NCBI RefSeq assembly: GCF_018350175.1
Contig: NC_058368.1
Span: 131,628,001 to 131,692,000, forward strand
Length of the DNA stretch: 64,000 nucleotides
Source of the DNA: Felis catus
Lineage: Eukaryota
Reading direction: 5' to 3'
Made by a program: the position numbers and the translations under genes. Below are positions 37,774 to 52,096 of the stretch, piece after piece. Position 1 is the first letter of the stretch. Each line of letters starts with the position of its first letter. Below the pieces are notes generated by a model. It was not told where the DNA came from. It searched no databases and worked only from the letters and a program-made list of their open reading frames with translations.

Positions 37774-38027
37774 TGGAGTAGGAGTTTTAAACAGGAAACT
37801 CTGTGTAGACAGGAGGCCCAAAAACAGGCAAGTGCCCAAGTAACTTGTTACTGGAGATGAGAAGCACCCAGAAGATAAGCTTTAAGCGCCCATTTTGCAG
37901 CCACACATCCTGTCCCTTCACCAAAATAATCAGAAGGAGGGAACTGTAATCAGAACGATAGGCAAACAGAGATCCTCAAAGATAAATCTGGATAGATATC
38001 CAGGAATGACAAATTAAAAAAAAAAAT

Positions 38028-38052
38028 CGACTTTGGATGAGGCCCACTTCTC

Positions 38053-38104
<52 letters not shown>

Positions 38105-38180
38105 CCTCATGGGATTCTCTCTTCCTCCCTCTCTCTCTCCGCCCTCACTCACTTGCTCCCTCTCTCTAATGAAAAAAAAC
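38028..38180 (+). mobile_element. 5'-truncated CAN-SINE with (CT)n
   Basis: TGCCCCTCATGGGATTCTCTC..CT tract, A tail. Confidence 0.75.
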
Positions 38181-38419
38181 CCCAACACCCCAAAAAGGGG
38201 ATGCCAACTGCAATAAACAAACAGCTAATACTTGAAGAACAAATTGTAAAGTGGAAACAGACAAAGAATTTAAGATATATGTAGTTGATATTCTCAGAGA
38301 CATTGGAGTCTATCATACCCATAAAACAACAACTGTCAGTAACAAAAAGGAAGCAGCCAAATTTGTTGGAGATAAAAATGTTATCAACCAAATAAAAACT
38401 AAATAGCTGGGTTGCTTAG

Positions 38420-38904
38420 TGTTGGGAGGCAACGCTCCAGCTTCTTGCATTTCTGTACATCTTGCCAGTGGAGGCACTGACCGCCCTTTTGTTTTATACT
38501 ATCTTTTCAAGGGTATTTACTTAGCAGATGCCTTGGAAAATAGAGATAGCATCGCTTTCCAGAGCAAGGCATCCTGACTATTCAGTATAATGAAAATGTT
38601 TCCCTCTTGGGCAAAGGGCAGACATGCTTATAAAAGGCACATTTCCTAAGCTCAGCGTTCCTCTTTTGTCACACAGCCCCTTGTTGGACAGGTAGTGATC
38701 TGACGCTTTTTGTGTCTCCCTGTGGGAATTAGGATTCAAGAAAACAACACAAATGCTTATTACTATGGCCACTACTATTCTGTGAGTAATAAACTGTTTT
38801 TGTCTCTGACCCAGAAGTCTCCAGGCTTCTTCCAGTATCCATGAAACTGTGGCAGGCTCACCAACAGGTATAATAAAATCTCAGACCCTTCACAGTTCTT
38901 AACA
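38420..38904 (+). mobile_element. ERVL solo LTR (LTR40-like), complete TG...CA
   Basis: TGTTGGGAGG..GAGGCACTGAC..GTGAGTAATAAACTG..TCTCAGACCCTTCACAGTTCTTAACA. Confidence 0.75.
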
Positions 38905-39199
38905 ATTGTTACAATGAATATACTGAGACCCTAAAATAGCGAACTATAAGATCAAGTCAAGGTATTTTCCCAGAATTCAGCCCCCAAAATAAACATGGAA
39001 TATGGAGGATAGTTAAGAACCATATAGGATGGATCCAGAGACTCCAATAAGAAATAGGAATTCTGAAAGAATGGAGAGAATAGAGAGAAGGAGATAATCA
39101 AGAAAAAGAGAAAAACTTTTCCCAAACCTAAAAGAAATAGTTAAATTGAAAATGCTGTAACATCTCAATGAATCACTCCATAGAGTACTTAGCAACTAT

Positions 39200-40275
39200 T
39201 AAGGGAAAAGGGTACATCTATAATGGTAGATCCCCTTTTTCCATTGGAATGAAAGCTTTGGACAGAAACCAAGCCACTAATAATACTTAACTAACAATAA
39301 TGGGACAAACTGACTCATATGCTTTCTAATGCACTGCACTAAGCCAGTCACAATAGCACTTCTATAATACCCATGCCAAAAAATGTTTACTCTGAATCCA
39401 CACATGCAGAAACAATAAGAAAATCCAAACGGAAAGACTTTCTATAAAGCAACTAGCCTGACCTCTTCATTCAAAAACATTAATAACATGGGGGCACCTG
39501 GGTGGCTCTGTAGGTGGAGTGTCTGACTCTTGATTTCAGCTCAGATCATGAATTCTCAGTTCATGAGTTCAAGCCTCACATTGGGCTCCATGCTGACATC
39601 ATGGAGTCTGCTTGGGATTCTGTCTCTCTCCCTCTGTGCCCATCCCGTTTGCTCTCTCTCTCAAAATAAAAATAATAAAACTAAAAAACTTAAGAAAAAT
39701 GCTAATGACATGAAAGTCAAAAAAAGACAAGGGTGCAGTTCTAAAAGAAAAATGACAACTAAATGCAGTGCATAATCTTTTTATGGAAACTTCCTTTTAA
39801 GTTTATGGAAATTAAAAAAAAGGTTAGAAAAACATTATTGGAACAATTGGGGAAACGTGAATACAGACTGCATATTAAATATTAGTATTATATCAAATTG
39901 TATTGAATCATATTTAATCCAAGCTAAATAATTTTTTGGCCCAATCATTGTTTTGAGGTTATGTAGGGAAAAGATCCTGTTCTTTAGGAGATATATGCTG
40001 AAGTAGTTAGAGTAAAGTGCCATTAATGTCTGCAACTTACTCTTAAATGGGTCATAAAAAGTTATATTTATATGTATATGTGACTTTAAATATAAAAATT
40101 ATATACAATCAATACAGTATGTATATATAAAATCTATACACATATACATACACATAGAGAGATGGAGAGAAATAAAATATAACTAAATGTTAACAGTTTG
40201 TGAAACTGGAATATTTGGGTGTCCATTATATTTTTACAGGTTTGCCATAGGTTTGCAAATTTTCAAAATAAAAAA
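39200..40275 (+). mobile_element. L1MC-like 3' end
   Basis: AATAATGGGACAAACTGAC..TGTCTGCAACTTACTCTTAAATGG..AATTTTCAAAATAAAAAAA. Confidence 0.7.
39490..39695 (+). mobile_element. CAN-SINE
   Basis: Head, CT tract and tail; decayed TSD. Confidence 0.9.
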
Positions 40276-40794
40276 ATAGCAGGTAATAAATTACAAATGC
40301 CAATCAAATGCCAAAAAAAGATTAACATAAAAAGAAGCTATTCCTACACATATTTAGGACCCATTTCATAAATCAAAAAATGTGAAGATAATACCCTAAG
40401 AAGTTTTCAGAGAGCTGTAAACAGGCTACACACAAGTCATTCTGGATATGGATGTAAGATAAGGAAACAGTAGCATCCAAGTTTTGAGAGAAAGTTACTG
40501 TGAAGACAGATTTCCATATCTAGTCAATTAAAATTTAAGTGTGAGTGCAAAGAAAGAGAAAAGAGAAGAAAATGTATTTTCCACAGATATTCTCTGAAGT
40601 AATTAGTCAAGGATATGCTGCAACCAAATGGAAACTGCATCCAAGAAAGCTGAAGATGTGGGACCCAAGAAATGTGGTATACAAAGAAAGCAGGAGCCAT
40701 ACGTACACAGCAGTAGAGATATGAAACAGTTACAAGAAAAAACATATTCAAATTTATGTACTATTAAAAATGTATTTAGTTAACAAATACATAA

Positions 40795-40977
40795 GGGGCG
40801 CCTGGGTGGCTCAGTCAGTTAAGCGTCTGACTTCGGCTCAGGTCATGATCTCCCATCTCATGAGTTTGAGCCCCACGTCAGGCTCTGTGCTGACAGCTCA
40901 GAGCCTGGAGCCTGCTTCAGATTCTGTGTCTCCCTCTCTCTCTGCCCCTCCCTCCTCTCAAAAATAAACATAAAAAA
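40795..40977 (+). mobile_element. CAN-SINE
   Basis: TSD aaatacata. Confidence 0.93.
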
Positions 40978-41551
40978 ATACATATGCAAGATAATTTCTA
41001 AAAGAGATAAGTACTATAAAGGCAATAAGCAGATACTGTACTGGAAAGGGATGCCCAACATGAAGTCAGTGCTATCAGTAAGTGAAAGCAATTAATATCT
41101 ACTTGCAGAGTAAACTTGACCCTATAAATATTCTGCAATTGAGAACCCCTTAAATGCATACTGATACCTTCTGTCTTTGAAGATGTTTCAGCCAGAGAAG
41201 ATACAAGATGATCAAAATTCTGCAGAGATTTTGTGAGCTGATAGAAAGCACTCAACTGCAAGCCCAATGTTCAAGGCTTTTATTTTTGTTCATCTGCATT
41301 AGCAGAGTTAGAACTAGTCACTGAAAATGAGGAAAAGGAGGAGATGACCTGGTGAGATGACAAGCTCACAGGTGTGTTTCAGTTATATGAGCAGTTATTT
41401 TACTTTGAAAAGGTCAAAGAATGATGTGTGTCTTATATAAGTAGTAGAATTATTACAGGCAGTTAAGTATAAAACTGATTGTAGATTGGGTTCTCTTTAT
41501 GCCTTTGCCTGTAAAAAGTATATACATGAGGGAGGTAAAGAGAGGACTCCA

Positions 41552-41760
41552 GGGGCACCTGGGTGGCTCAGTCAGTTAAGCATCCAACTTCAGGTCATGA
41601 TCTCACGGTTCCTGAGATCAAGCCCCATGTCAGGCTCTGTACTGATAACTCAGAGCCTGGAACCTGCTTCAGATTCTGTGCCTCTCTCCCTTTCTCTCTC
41701 TCTCAAAAATAAATACACATTAAAAATGTTTTTTTCACATTAAAAATGTTTTTAAAGAGA
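41552..41760 (+). mobile_element. CAN-SINE with duplicated tail segment
   Basis: TSD gagaggactcca; cacattaaaaatgttttt occurs twice. Confidence 0.9.
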
Positions 41761-43608
41761 GAGAGAGAGGACTCCAAGAAAGAGCATCACGCTACCTCGT
41801 GTCCTCCCTGTTCTCATTTGAATGAAAGCTTTGAGCTGTACAGTCCTGACAACAGGAGAGGGGCTACTGTGGCCCCAAGCCAAGCAAAACCCATAGGCAG
41901 AGAATTAAGTCTGCTTATGTATCTTCTTTCTCTACTCTTCACTGCCCAAAAAGCATACTGCCTTCCCCAAATCATTTCAACTCCACAGGAGTACCCCAGG
42001 AGCCATGTGTGGCCCAATCCTTCAGAGTTTTGAAAAGCAAAAAGCTAGGGTTTGGTTCTTTTTGCTTCTCTCTCAGAGCTTAGCTGTCACTGCAGAACTG
42101 TATCCTAAGGCTGACCCTGCTGAGCGGCGGGTAGCAGATGGGCTCTAGTTGTTGCACTTTCCCAGGAAGCACAATGCAAATACTTTTAAGAGGTCAGTGC
42201 CCTCCAACTGTGAAATCGTAAGATGCTAAATTACGTGCTTGATTAAATTTCACCTCCCCCCCAGCATACCATAAAATTGGAAAAGCAATTCCATCACCCA
42301 AGATCAATGTGCATAAAGTATACACAAAAGGATCAGAAGTTCTCATCAGTAAACTGTGTGTTTGCTTTGACTGAATATTCAGAGGTCCATTTCTACTCTA
42401 GGTTGATGAATGATGTATCGTTAATTACCACTTAATTGCTTGTTTCTTTTTCCTTGTGTTGCTGCCATATAGGTTAGAAATTACAAGGATGAGATTTTGG
42501 CTAGTCTCCTTCAGTCAGGAATCCAAGGGAAAATCTCCCCATTAGATTTTACCATCCTATTCACAAGTGTGTTTGCTTTATTTATTTATTTTTTTTAACC
42601 ATGCAAAACACACATCAGGACTAGGGAAACTGAGCTAAGAGGTAGCCTGGTGTGGCTGCTCTCTCATGAATATTCAACAATATGGGATATAATAAATTCT
42701 TACCAACTAGTCTAGAGCTGTATCTACGTAATACAAATAAAACTGGATAAAAGAGTAAAAAAGAATCTAGCATCAAGCCCAGTACCTGATACTTAGCTGA
42801 TTCTCAAGAAATATTTATAAATGAATAAATGAGTGAATGAATGAACTCATAAAACTCAGTTCTCGGGCTTCATAAGCCATTTCCATGACACCAGGATACA
42901 TACACCCTTGCAGATGGCAAATGTTCAGAGCAGAATAAAAGACATTAACAGATGATATCTGGGCAATAGACTATAATTCCCATTTATTTTCACATGAATT
43001 TATTGCTGAACCAATTTGAAGATTTGTTTCTAGAAAGTATTGATTTATTCACTTGAGATCAGTCATGGTAAAATACAAGTCTTAGCAGAGTGGCAGTGCA
43101 TTGCTGTGGATGGCTACCCAGTATGTACATGGAACTTTAGTTTATGGCACTTTATGGTCTCAGCAGAGCAAGGCTGGATCTTGAGGCTGAACTATTTCCT
43201 CAGAGAAGGATAAAGTGAAGGAGGCTAGAAAGCCAAGGAAATGGAAGACAAGTCCACAATCTCAGTTATTTCCCATATACTAAGATACAACTATTTTCTA
43301 CATGCTGGGTCCCCAAATTTACATTTATTTAAGGGAGATGAATCCAAGAGAGCCAGTGTCAGAGTCAGAGAGAAGGGCAGAAGCTCTCATTCAACCTGCT
43401 GGGTGTCACCTACTCCTGGCCCTTATAGTTGCTCCTGAATCAAAGAACCAAAAAGCAGCATGATTTCACAGGCTGAAACCCCCCTCTCAAGATAACCTGA
43501 TCTATCTCACTAAGAATGGATTATAGAGCACCAGTACTCCATCAAAGATGGAGCCCTTACTTTTACCTTGATCTTCAGGGTTTCCCAGAATGTTGTGAAA
43601 CGTGCTAT

Positions 43609-43641
43609 GCGCACACACACACACACACACACACACGCACG
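43609..43641. repeat. (CA)n microsatellite
   Basis: About 220 bp upstream of exon 4. Confidence 0.9.
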
Positions 43642-43788
43642 TAGATATATTTATATAGCTAGAAACAGAGATAGATACCTATATTCAGTATTATTCAGAA
43701 ATAAATGAATTAGTATAGTATTTCATATTCAGAAGTTATTAGGGTTAATGGAGCCCATGACTCAAAACATAGACAATCTTTGCAATGA

Positions 43789-44010
<222 letters not shown>

Positions 44011-47000
44011 TGAGTGGGAAGTTACTGCCAGTATTCCTCCAGTTCATATTCTTAGGGGCTACAGAAGTTGAGATTTTCTCTTTCATATTCTTATTTCAGA
44101 AAACTGAGCTAGCAGAAGGTAAGGAGTCCAAACCCTGCAGTAGAATGGTAGAATTTCCAGTAGTCATAGGCTCCCAGGGCTCTTTGTATCCCACTCCAAC
44201 ACATTGTGTCTCCATGGAAATGAAAACAGTGTGCTCCCATGGGAAGGGAGAAAGTTGGATCCATATACCATCACAGTTCACCCACAGGGCTAGGTACTAA
44301 AATTTCCATTTGCTTAAAGGGAGAGGAATCCAAAATCATGCAAATATGCTTCCAGTAGTTTCTTAGATTTCAGGTGTATGGAATGGCCTCCTTAGGTTCC
44401 AGTCCACGGCTAAGCGTTCTGCCCAATTGACAGACAGCTTTTCGTAGTGCTCCCTTCTCTTGCTTTCCCAGAATGCAGCTGAGGGCCCCTTAGTGGCCAA
44501 AGCGAGTTAATGCACTTACCTTAACAAGCACCAGATCACTGCTAGATAGGGAGTTTCCTTCTTGGGAAGAAGAGATTCTAGAGTAATTCAGTTTCACTTA
44601 GGGAAAGGAAGCAATAATAATATAATAATAAGTGTCATGGCTCATATACATGCTAAAATACCATTCTGTGAGGCAGGAGGACAAGACCCTTATTTATTGG
44701 CCTTCACAGTGATATCATGTCCTTTGCTACTAATGTCCCTAGAGCTGGCACAAAGCAGTTGAATGAATACTGGGCAGTTCCACTGAGTGCTTTGTGTAGA
44801 GTTGAATCATTGACAAGATAATGAACATTTTATTTTTTTTATTTTTAGAAATGTAACACACAATGGCATTTATAGCCATTGTGGTTCTACTTTCAGATTG
44901 TAATATAATTCTAAAGCTAATTACTGAATTTCTGTGTTTATAGAAAATTGAAGCATGTGGTAATTATATGCTATTAATAAAACTTGGATTTTGTATAAGC
45001 TTGGAAATCTAACAATTCAAACAATAAAGCTGTTTGGCACGGTCTGATAGAGCTATAGACAAATGGTGAGGGAATGATTTATCTTAATTTATGAAATAGA
45101 AAATGCTTTGCTCTATTTTCAGGAAGAAATATCTGCCAGAGGGCCATGATCAGGGCATAATCCATCAGCAAAGACATTTGCCTTTTCAGAAACCAAGCAC
45201 AGCAGCTATATCTAAGCCTTCTGAGCTTTTAAGAAAGCAGGCTATGGCTGGCAATAAAAATAAGACAGGGTGGAGTTGGGTTGAAGATGGTGGCATAAGA
45301 AGATGTAAACTCACTCCCTCTCATGGATCTGACAAATACACAATGATTTATAGAATAAATTCCTTTGAAAAAGAACAGCAAATTAGATGAACAGAGCATC
45401 CACAACAAAGGACAGACAGGACAGCATTGAGAAGGGTAGGAGAGGCAAAGACAATGCCTTGCCAAAAAGACTCCACCCTAAGTGCCATGATCCACCATCA
45501 GGAGGGATCTCAAAAGTACAGTACTTTTCCCTAAGAAGTGAGGGGTTTGTCCTCCACACCAGGCACCCCAGCCCTTAGATCCTACATGAGAGGTATGAGC
45601 CCCCTAAATGTCAGACTTTGAAAACCAATGAGGATTACATCTAAGATAACTGTAAAACTGAAAGAAATGGAGAACCCACTCTTAAGGACTCAGATTTACT
45701 CGCTCTGGGACCCAGCACAAAAACACCAATTTGAAAAGTGCCTAGATCATATGTAAAGGAAAACATCTTACTCAACTTAAAGTACCTGCCAGAGAGGCAG
45801 GAAAATGTTTGGACTTTATCCAGAGACAAAGACATTGGTGGCCACCATATATGTGAACTCTTCCTACCTTTCTAAGTTCAGTATTGGTAGGCACCATTGT
45901 GGAACTATCCCTCTAACCTGTTAGACCTGGTGAGCATGCCCACAATCAGAGCAAAATCACACATCATAGCCAGGCCAAGTGCCAATTCCACCCACCCTGA
46001 TACCACAAATACAAACCTGCCACAGCAGATGGCTGTGTGCAGCCCATAGAGGGGACAATGCTTGGGCACCTAGCTCTGGTGGTCAGAGGGGCTCCACATG
46101 ACATCTCCTATCCAAGGACATTCTTCAAGACTGGAAGGTGTAGTTGATTTGACTAATACATACATACCAACACAGAGAGTAAGACAAAATGTTTCAACAA
46201 AACATTATGTTTCAAACAAATAAACGAAAAAAACAAAACAAAACATCAGAAAAAAATATTAATGAAACAGATAAGCAAGCTACTTGATAAAGTGTTTACA
46301 GCAATGGTCAGTAAAGATGCCCACTGAGCTGGAGAAGAATGGATGAGCATGGAGATCCTCAACAAAGAGACAGAAAATATAAGAAAGTTTCATACAGTAG
46401 TTACAGAGCTGAAGAATACAATAACTGAACTGAAAAGTACACAAGAGGAGTTCAACAGCAGGCTAGATGAAGCCAAAAACCAGATCAACAAGCCAGAAGA
46501 CAAAGGAATAGAAGTCACCTGGGCAAAACAACAAAAAGAAAAAAGAATTTTTAAAAAATGAAGATAACTTAAGATAACTCTGAGACATTAAGTGGAATAA
46601 TGTTCACATTATAGAGGCTTGAGAAAGAGAAGAGAGAAAAAAAAGGCCATAAAACTTATTTGAAGAAGAGTTGAAACTTTTTTAATCTGAGGAAACAATC
46701 CAGGTTTAAGAAGCACAGAGAGTCCCAAATAAAATGAACTCAAAGAGATCCACAAGACACATTATAACTAAAATGGTAAAAGTTAAAGATAAGAGAAAAT
46801 CTTAAAAGCAGCAAGAGAGTATGCTAGCAGATTTTTCAACAGAAACCTTGCAAGTCAGAAGAGTGGCATAACATATTCAAGTGCTGAAAGGAAAAAAAAT
46901 CACCAAGAATTCTCGGCAAGTTATTCAAAATTAAAAGAGCGATGAATAGTTTTCCAGATAAGCAAAAGCTATAAAGGAGCTCATCCCCACTAGCCCAGTA

Positions 47001-47749
47001 TCACAATAAATGTTAAAGTGACTTCTCTAAACTGAAAAGAAATGATACAAATAATAACAAGGGAATAAATATAAAATCCTACTGGAAAAGTTAAATATGT
47101 AGTAAAAGTAGTAAATCAACCACTGACAAACCAACTATGAAGGTGAAGACAAAAATAGTACAGTTAACTAAAACTACAAAAATTAAAATGATGCATAAAA
47201 TAAAAAGATGTAAAAATGTGACATCAAAAATATAAAATGAAGGGGAGAGAAAAAAATGTAAAGTTTTGTCATGCTGCTATTAACTCAAAACAGACCATTA
47301 TACACATAGGAACTTGTATGTGAACTTTATGGTAAGCCATAGAGCAAAAACTTACCATAAATACACAACAGAAAATGAGAAAAGAATCTAAACAAAACAT
47401 AAAAAGAGCCATCAAACCACAAGGGAAGAGAGAAAGAAGAAAGGAACAGAGAGGAACTACAAAAACAGCCAGAAAACAATTAACAAAATGGTAATAAGTA
47501 CTTATCAGTGGTTACTTTAAATGTAAATGGACTAAACTCTCCAATCAAAATATAGAGTGACTGAAGGGATAAAATAAGATCCATCTATATGCCATCTACC
47601 AAAGACTCACTTCAGAAGTAAGGACACACACAGACCGAAAGTGAAGGGATAAAGAAAGATATTTCATGCAAATGGAAATGAAAATAAGGCTGGTGTAGGT
47701 ATATTCATAGCAGACAAAGTAGACTTTAAAACAAAGACTATGATAATAG

Positions 47750-47840
47750 GGGGATGCCTGGCTGGCTCAGTTGATAGAGCATGTGATTCTCGATGTTGCA
47801 ATCATGAGTTCAAACCCCACACTGAGGGTATAGTTTACTT
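47750..47840 (+). mobile_element. Short tRNA-Lys-like SINE inserted in the L1 EN domain
   Basis: 22-bp TSD with 2 mismatches (47728-47749 / 47841-47862). Confidence 0.85.
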
Positions 47841-50800
47841 AAAACAAAGACTGTAATAATAGACAAATAAGGGCATTACATAGTCTAAAGGGATCAATCC
47901 AACAAAAAGACATAACACTTTTAAATATATATGTATCCAACATAGAAACACCAAGATATATAAAACCAATTATTAACAGACCTAAAGGAAGAAATTGACA
48001 GCAATACACTAATAGTAGAGGACTTTAACATCCAACTTACACCAATGTAGAGATCATGCAAAGCCAAAATTAATAAGAAAACAATGGCCTTAAATAATCC
48101 ATTAGACCAGATGCACTTAGTAGATATATACAGACATTCCATCCAAAAGCAACAGAATACACATTCTTTTCAAGTGTACATGGAACATTCTCCAATACAG
48201 ATCACATGTTAGGCCACAAAACAAGTCTCAGTAAATTCAGGAAGACTGAAATCATATCAAGTATCTTCTCTGACTACAATGGTATGAAACTAGAAATCAA
48301 TTACAAAAAGAAAACTAGAAAAACCACAAAAATGTGGAGATGAAACAACATGCTGCTAAACAACCAATGGGCCATCAAAGATGTCAATAAAGAAATAAAA
48401 AAAAAAAAAAAAGAGAGAGAGAGACACTAATGAAGACAGAATTATGACTTACCAAAATCTGTAGGATGTAGCAAAAGTAGTCTAAGAGGGAAGACTATAG
48501 CAGACTTAACTCCATAGGCAAGAAAACTGACAAATAATCAACCTAACTTTACAACCTACAAAGGCAGAAAAAAAGCAAAGCCCAAATTCAGTAGAAAGAA
48601 GGAAATAATAAATGCAGAGTGAAAAGAAATGAAATAGAGACCTAAGGTGGAGGGTGGGGGTGGGGGACAATAGAAGATCAATGAAACTAAAAGCTGGTTC
48701 TTTGAAAAGATAAACAAAACTGAAAAACCTTCAGCTAGACTAACCATGAAAAAAATGAGAAGTCTCCCATAAATAAGATCTGAAATCAAAGAGAAGTTAC
48801 AGCTGACATCACAGAAATGCAAAGGACCATAAAGACTACTCCAAACAAGTATATGCTAGCAAACTGGACAATCTAGAAGAAATGGATAAATTCCTAGAAA
48901 CATACACGCTTCCATGACTGAATCATGAGGAAATAGAAAATCTAAAGAGACCAATTACTAGTAAGGAGATTGAATCAGTAATCAAAAATCTCCCACATAA
49001 CAAAAGTCCAGGACCAAGCAGCTTCAAGCTGAATGCTATGAAACATTCAAAGATTTAATACATATCTTTCTCAAACTCTTCCAAAAAATTTAAGAGGTGG
49101 AAACACTTCCAAAGTCATTTCATAAGGCTAGCATAACCCTGATACCAAAATCAGACAAAGCATCACAAAAAAAGAAAATTAGAGGCCAATGTCATTGATG
49201 AACATTGATGCAGAAATTCTCAACAAATTATTAGCAAACTAAAGACATTAGTACATTATTGTATCCATACACTATGATCAAGTGGAATTTATTCCAGGGA
49301 TACAAGGATGGTTCAACATCTGCAAATCAGTCAGTGTGATACACCAGATCAACAAATGAAGTATAAAAATTGTATGATCATCTCAATAGCTGCAGAAAAA
49401 GCATTTGACACAATTCAACACCATTTTATGAAAACTCAACAAAGTGGGTATAGAGGGAACATATTGCAATATAATAAAGGCCATATATGATAAACCCATG
49501 GCTGACATCACAGTCAGTGGTGAACAGTTGACCACTTTTCCTCTAAAATCAGGAATAAGACAAGAATGGCCAATCACTTTTATTCAACATAGTAATGAAC
49601 ATCCTAAAAACAATAATTAGGCAAGAAAAAGAAATAAAAAGTGTCCAAATCCTAAATGAAGAAGCAAAACTGTCACTATGTGCAGATGACATGATACTAT
49701 ATATAGAAAACCAAAAAAAAACTCCAACAAAACACTGTTAGAATTAACAAATTAATTCAAAAAATAATAATAAATTAATTCAGTAAAGTAGCAGGATACA
49801 AAATCAACACACAGAAATCTGTGATAGCTGTATACACTAATCACAAACTATCAGAAAGAGAAATTAAAAAAATAATTCCACGTAAATTGCATCAAAAACC
49901 TGTGAAAGACCTACACACTGAAAAATATAAGACACTGATAAGAGAAAATGGAGACAACAAATAAATGGAAAAAAGGATCCCATGCCTATGGATTGGAAGA
50001 ATTAATAGTGTTAGAATGTCCACAACTATCCAAAGCAATCTACAGATTCAGTGCAATCCTTATCAAAATTCCAGTGAAATTTTTCACAGAACTAGAACAA
50101 ATAATTCTAAAAATTGCATAACACCACAAAAGATGTTGAATAGCCAAATTATTATTGATAAAGAACAAAGGTGAAGGTATTACGCTCCCTGATTTCAAGC
50201 TATACAACAAAACTACAGTAATCAAAATCATCTTATATTAGCATAAAAACACAAACACATCAATAGAACAGAATGGAGAGCCCAGAATTAAACCCCCACA
50301 TAGATGAACAATTAATTTATGACAAGGAAGCCAAGATCATACAATGGACAAAGGACATTCTCTTCAACAAATGTTCCTGGAAAAAATAGACGGCCACATG
50401 ACCACTCTCTGATACGATGCACAAAAATTAACTCAAAAATGTAGTAAAAACCTGAATGTAAGATCTGAAACCATAAAATTCCTAAAGAAAAACATAAAGA
50501 AAATTCCTAAAGAAAACACCTGAACATGAGTCTTAGTAATATTTTTTTGTGTATAGGATTCCAAAGGCAAGAGAAACAAAAGCAAAAATAAACAAATGGG
50601 ATTACATCAAACTGAAAATATTTTGCATAGTGAAAGAAACCATCATTAAAACAAAAAGGTGATCTACTGAATGGGAGAAAGATTTTGCAAAGCATATATC
50701 CAACAAAGATTAAGATCCAAAATACGTAAAGAACTTATACAACAACAAAAAAGAAACAGTCCAATTAAAAATGGTCAGATCTGAATAGACATTTTTTTCA

Positions 50801-51223
50801 CAGAATACATAGAGTTGGCCAACAGACACATAGAAATATGTTCGACATCACTAATCATCAGAAATACAAATCAAAGCTAAAATGAGATATCACCTCCTAC
50901 CACTTAGAAGAGCTAGCACCCAAAAGACAAGAAATAACAAGTGTTAGCAAGGATGTGAAAAAAAGGGATCTCTCATACACAGTTGATGGGAATGTAAATT
51001 GGTGCAGCCACTATAGAAAACAGTAGAGGTTTCTCAAAAAAAATAAGAATAGGACTAACATACGATCCAGCCATTCCACTTCTAGGTATTTATCCGAAGA
51101 ATGTGAAAACACTGATTCAAAAAGATATATGCACTCCTATGTTCATTGCTGCAGTATTTATAATAGCCAAGAAATTGAAACAACCTAAATTTTCATCAGT
51201 GGATGAATGGATAAAGAAGATCT

Positions 51224-51224
<1 letters not shown>

Positions 51225-51263
<39 letters not shown>
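51225..51263. repeat. (TG)n inside the L1
   Basis: About 19 units. Confidence 0.95.
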
Positions 51264-51267
<4 letters not shown>

Positions 51268-51841
51268 AAAATGGAAAACTATTCAGCTTGCTATTTGCAA
51301 CAACAAGAATTCACCTTGAAGGTATTATGCTAAGTAAAGTAAGTCACATAAAGAAAGACAAGTACCATATAATTCCACTCATTTGTGGAATTTAAAAAAA
51401 AACAAAAGAAAAGAAAAATATACTCATCCATACAAGAGAACAGATTGGTGGTTACCAAGGGGAAGGTTGGGAGATGGAGGTAGGTGAAATGGTTGAAGGG
51501 GGTCAATTATAGTGTGACGGATCATAACTAGACTCCTAGTGATCACTTTACTTACAGTACATACAGATGGCAAATTGTAATGTTGTACACCTGAAGCTCA
51601 AATAATGCTATATGTCAATTTTACCTCAAATAAAAAAAAAAAAAGGAGAGTATAGCCCACGGTTTTGAAGTTCAGTCTTCAAGTCAGATTCAGGTCAAAA
51701 GAGGTGGGAATGACAGAGATAAGTGGGCACAAGAGACCTGGCCTGGTAGAGCAGCTTTTCCTAGGTTCCCCTTCTGTCTGCCCTAGGAGATCAGTGGATC
51801 TCACCCTGGGTGGGATATTAAAATCACCAGGAGGGCTTTTT

Positions 51842-52066
51842 TTTTTTTTTAATTTTTTTCTAATGTTTATTTATTTTTGAGAGAGAGAAAGACAGAGGGA
51901 CAGAGTGTGAATGGGGGAGGGGCAGAGAGAGAAGGAGACACAGAACCTGAAGCAGGTTTCAGGCTCAGCTGTCGCACAGAGCCCAATGTGGGTCTCGAAC
52001 CCACGGACTGGGATCATGATCTGAGCCAAAGTTGGCTGCTTAACCGACTGAGCCATCCCGATGCCC
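51842..52066 (-). mobile_element. CAN-SINE, antisense
   Basis: TSD ccagg(a/g)gggcttttt. Confidence 0.93.
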
Positions 52067-52096
52067 CAGGGGGGCTTTTTAAAAACACTGATTCCT

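Larger units (their letters stand above)
38200..40760 (+). mobile_element. Ancient L1ME/HAL1-like ORF1 region, fragmented by later insertions
   Basis: Pieces at 38200-38415, 38905-39195 and 40340-40760 with ORF1-like A-rich coding remnants (AAAACTTTTCCCAAACCTAAAAGA; AAGTTTTGAGAGAAAG). Confidence 0.5.
45270..51644 (+). mobile_element. Near-full-length decayed L1 (carnivore-type): 5'UTR ~45270-46150, ORF1 ~46190-47050, ORF2 ~47490-51390, 3'UTR and polyA
   Basis: AAGATGGTGGC 5' motif; ORF1 remnant TELKNTITELKSTQEEFNSRLDEA; EN, RT (IISIAAEKAFDTIQH; TGCAGATGACATGATACTATAT) and C-terminal (CTPMFIAAVFIIAK) remnants; many stops and frameshifts. Confidence 0.93.

Noticed and set aside
45270..51644. 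Active L1 or protein-coding ORF1/ORF2
   Set aside because: Numerous stops, frameshifts, deletions and a SINE in the endonuclease domain; no clear TSD remains.
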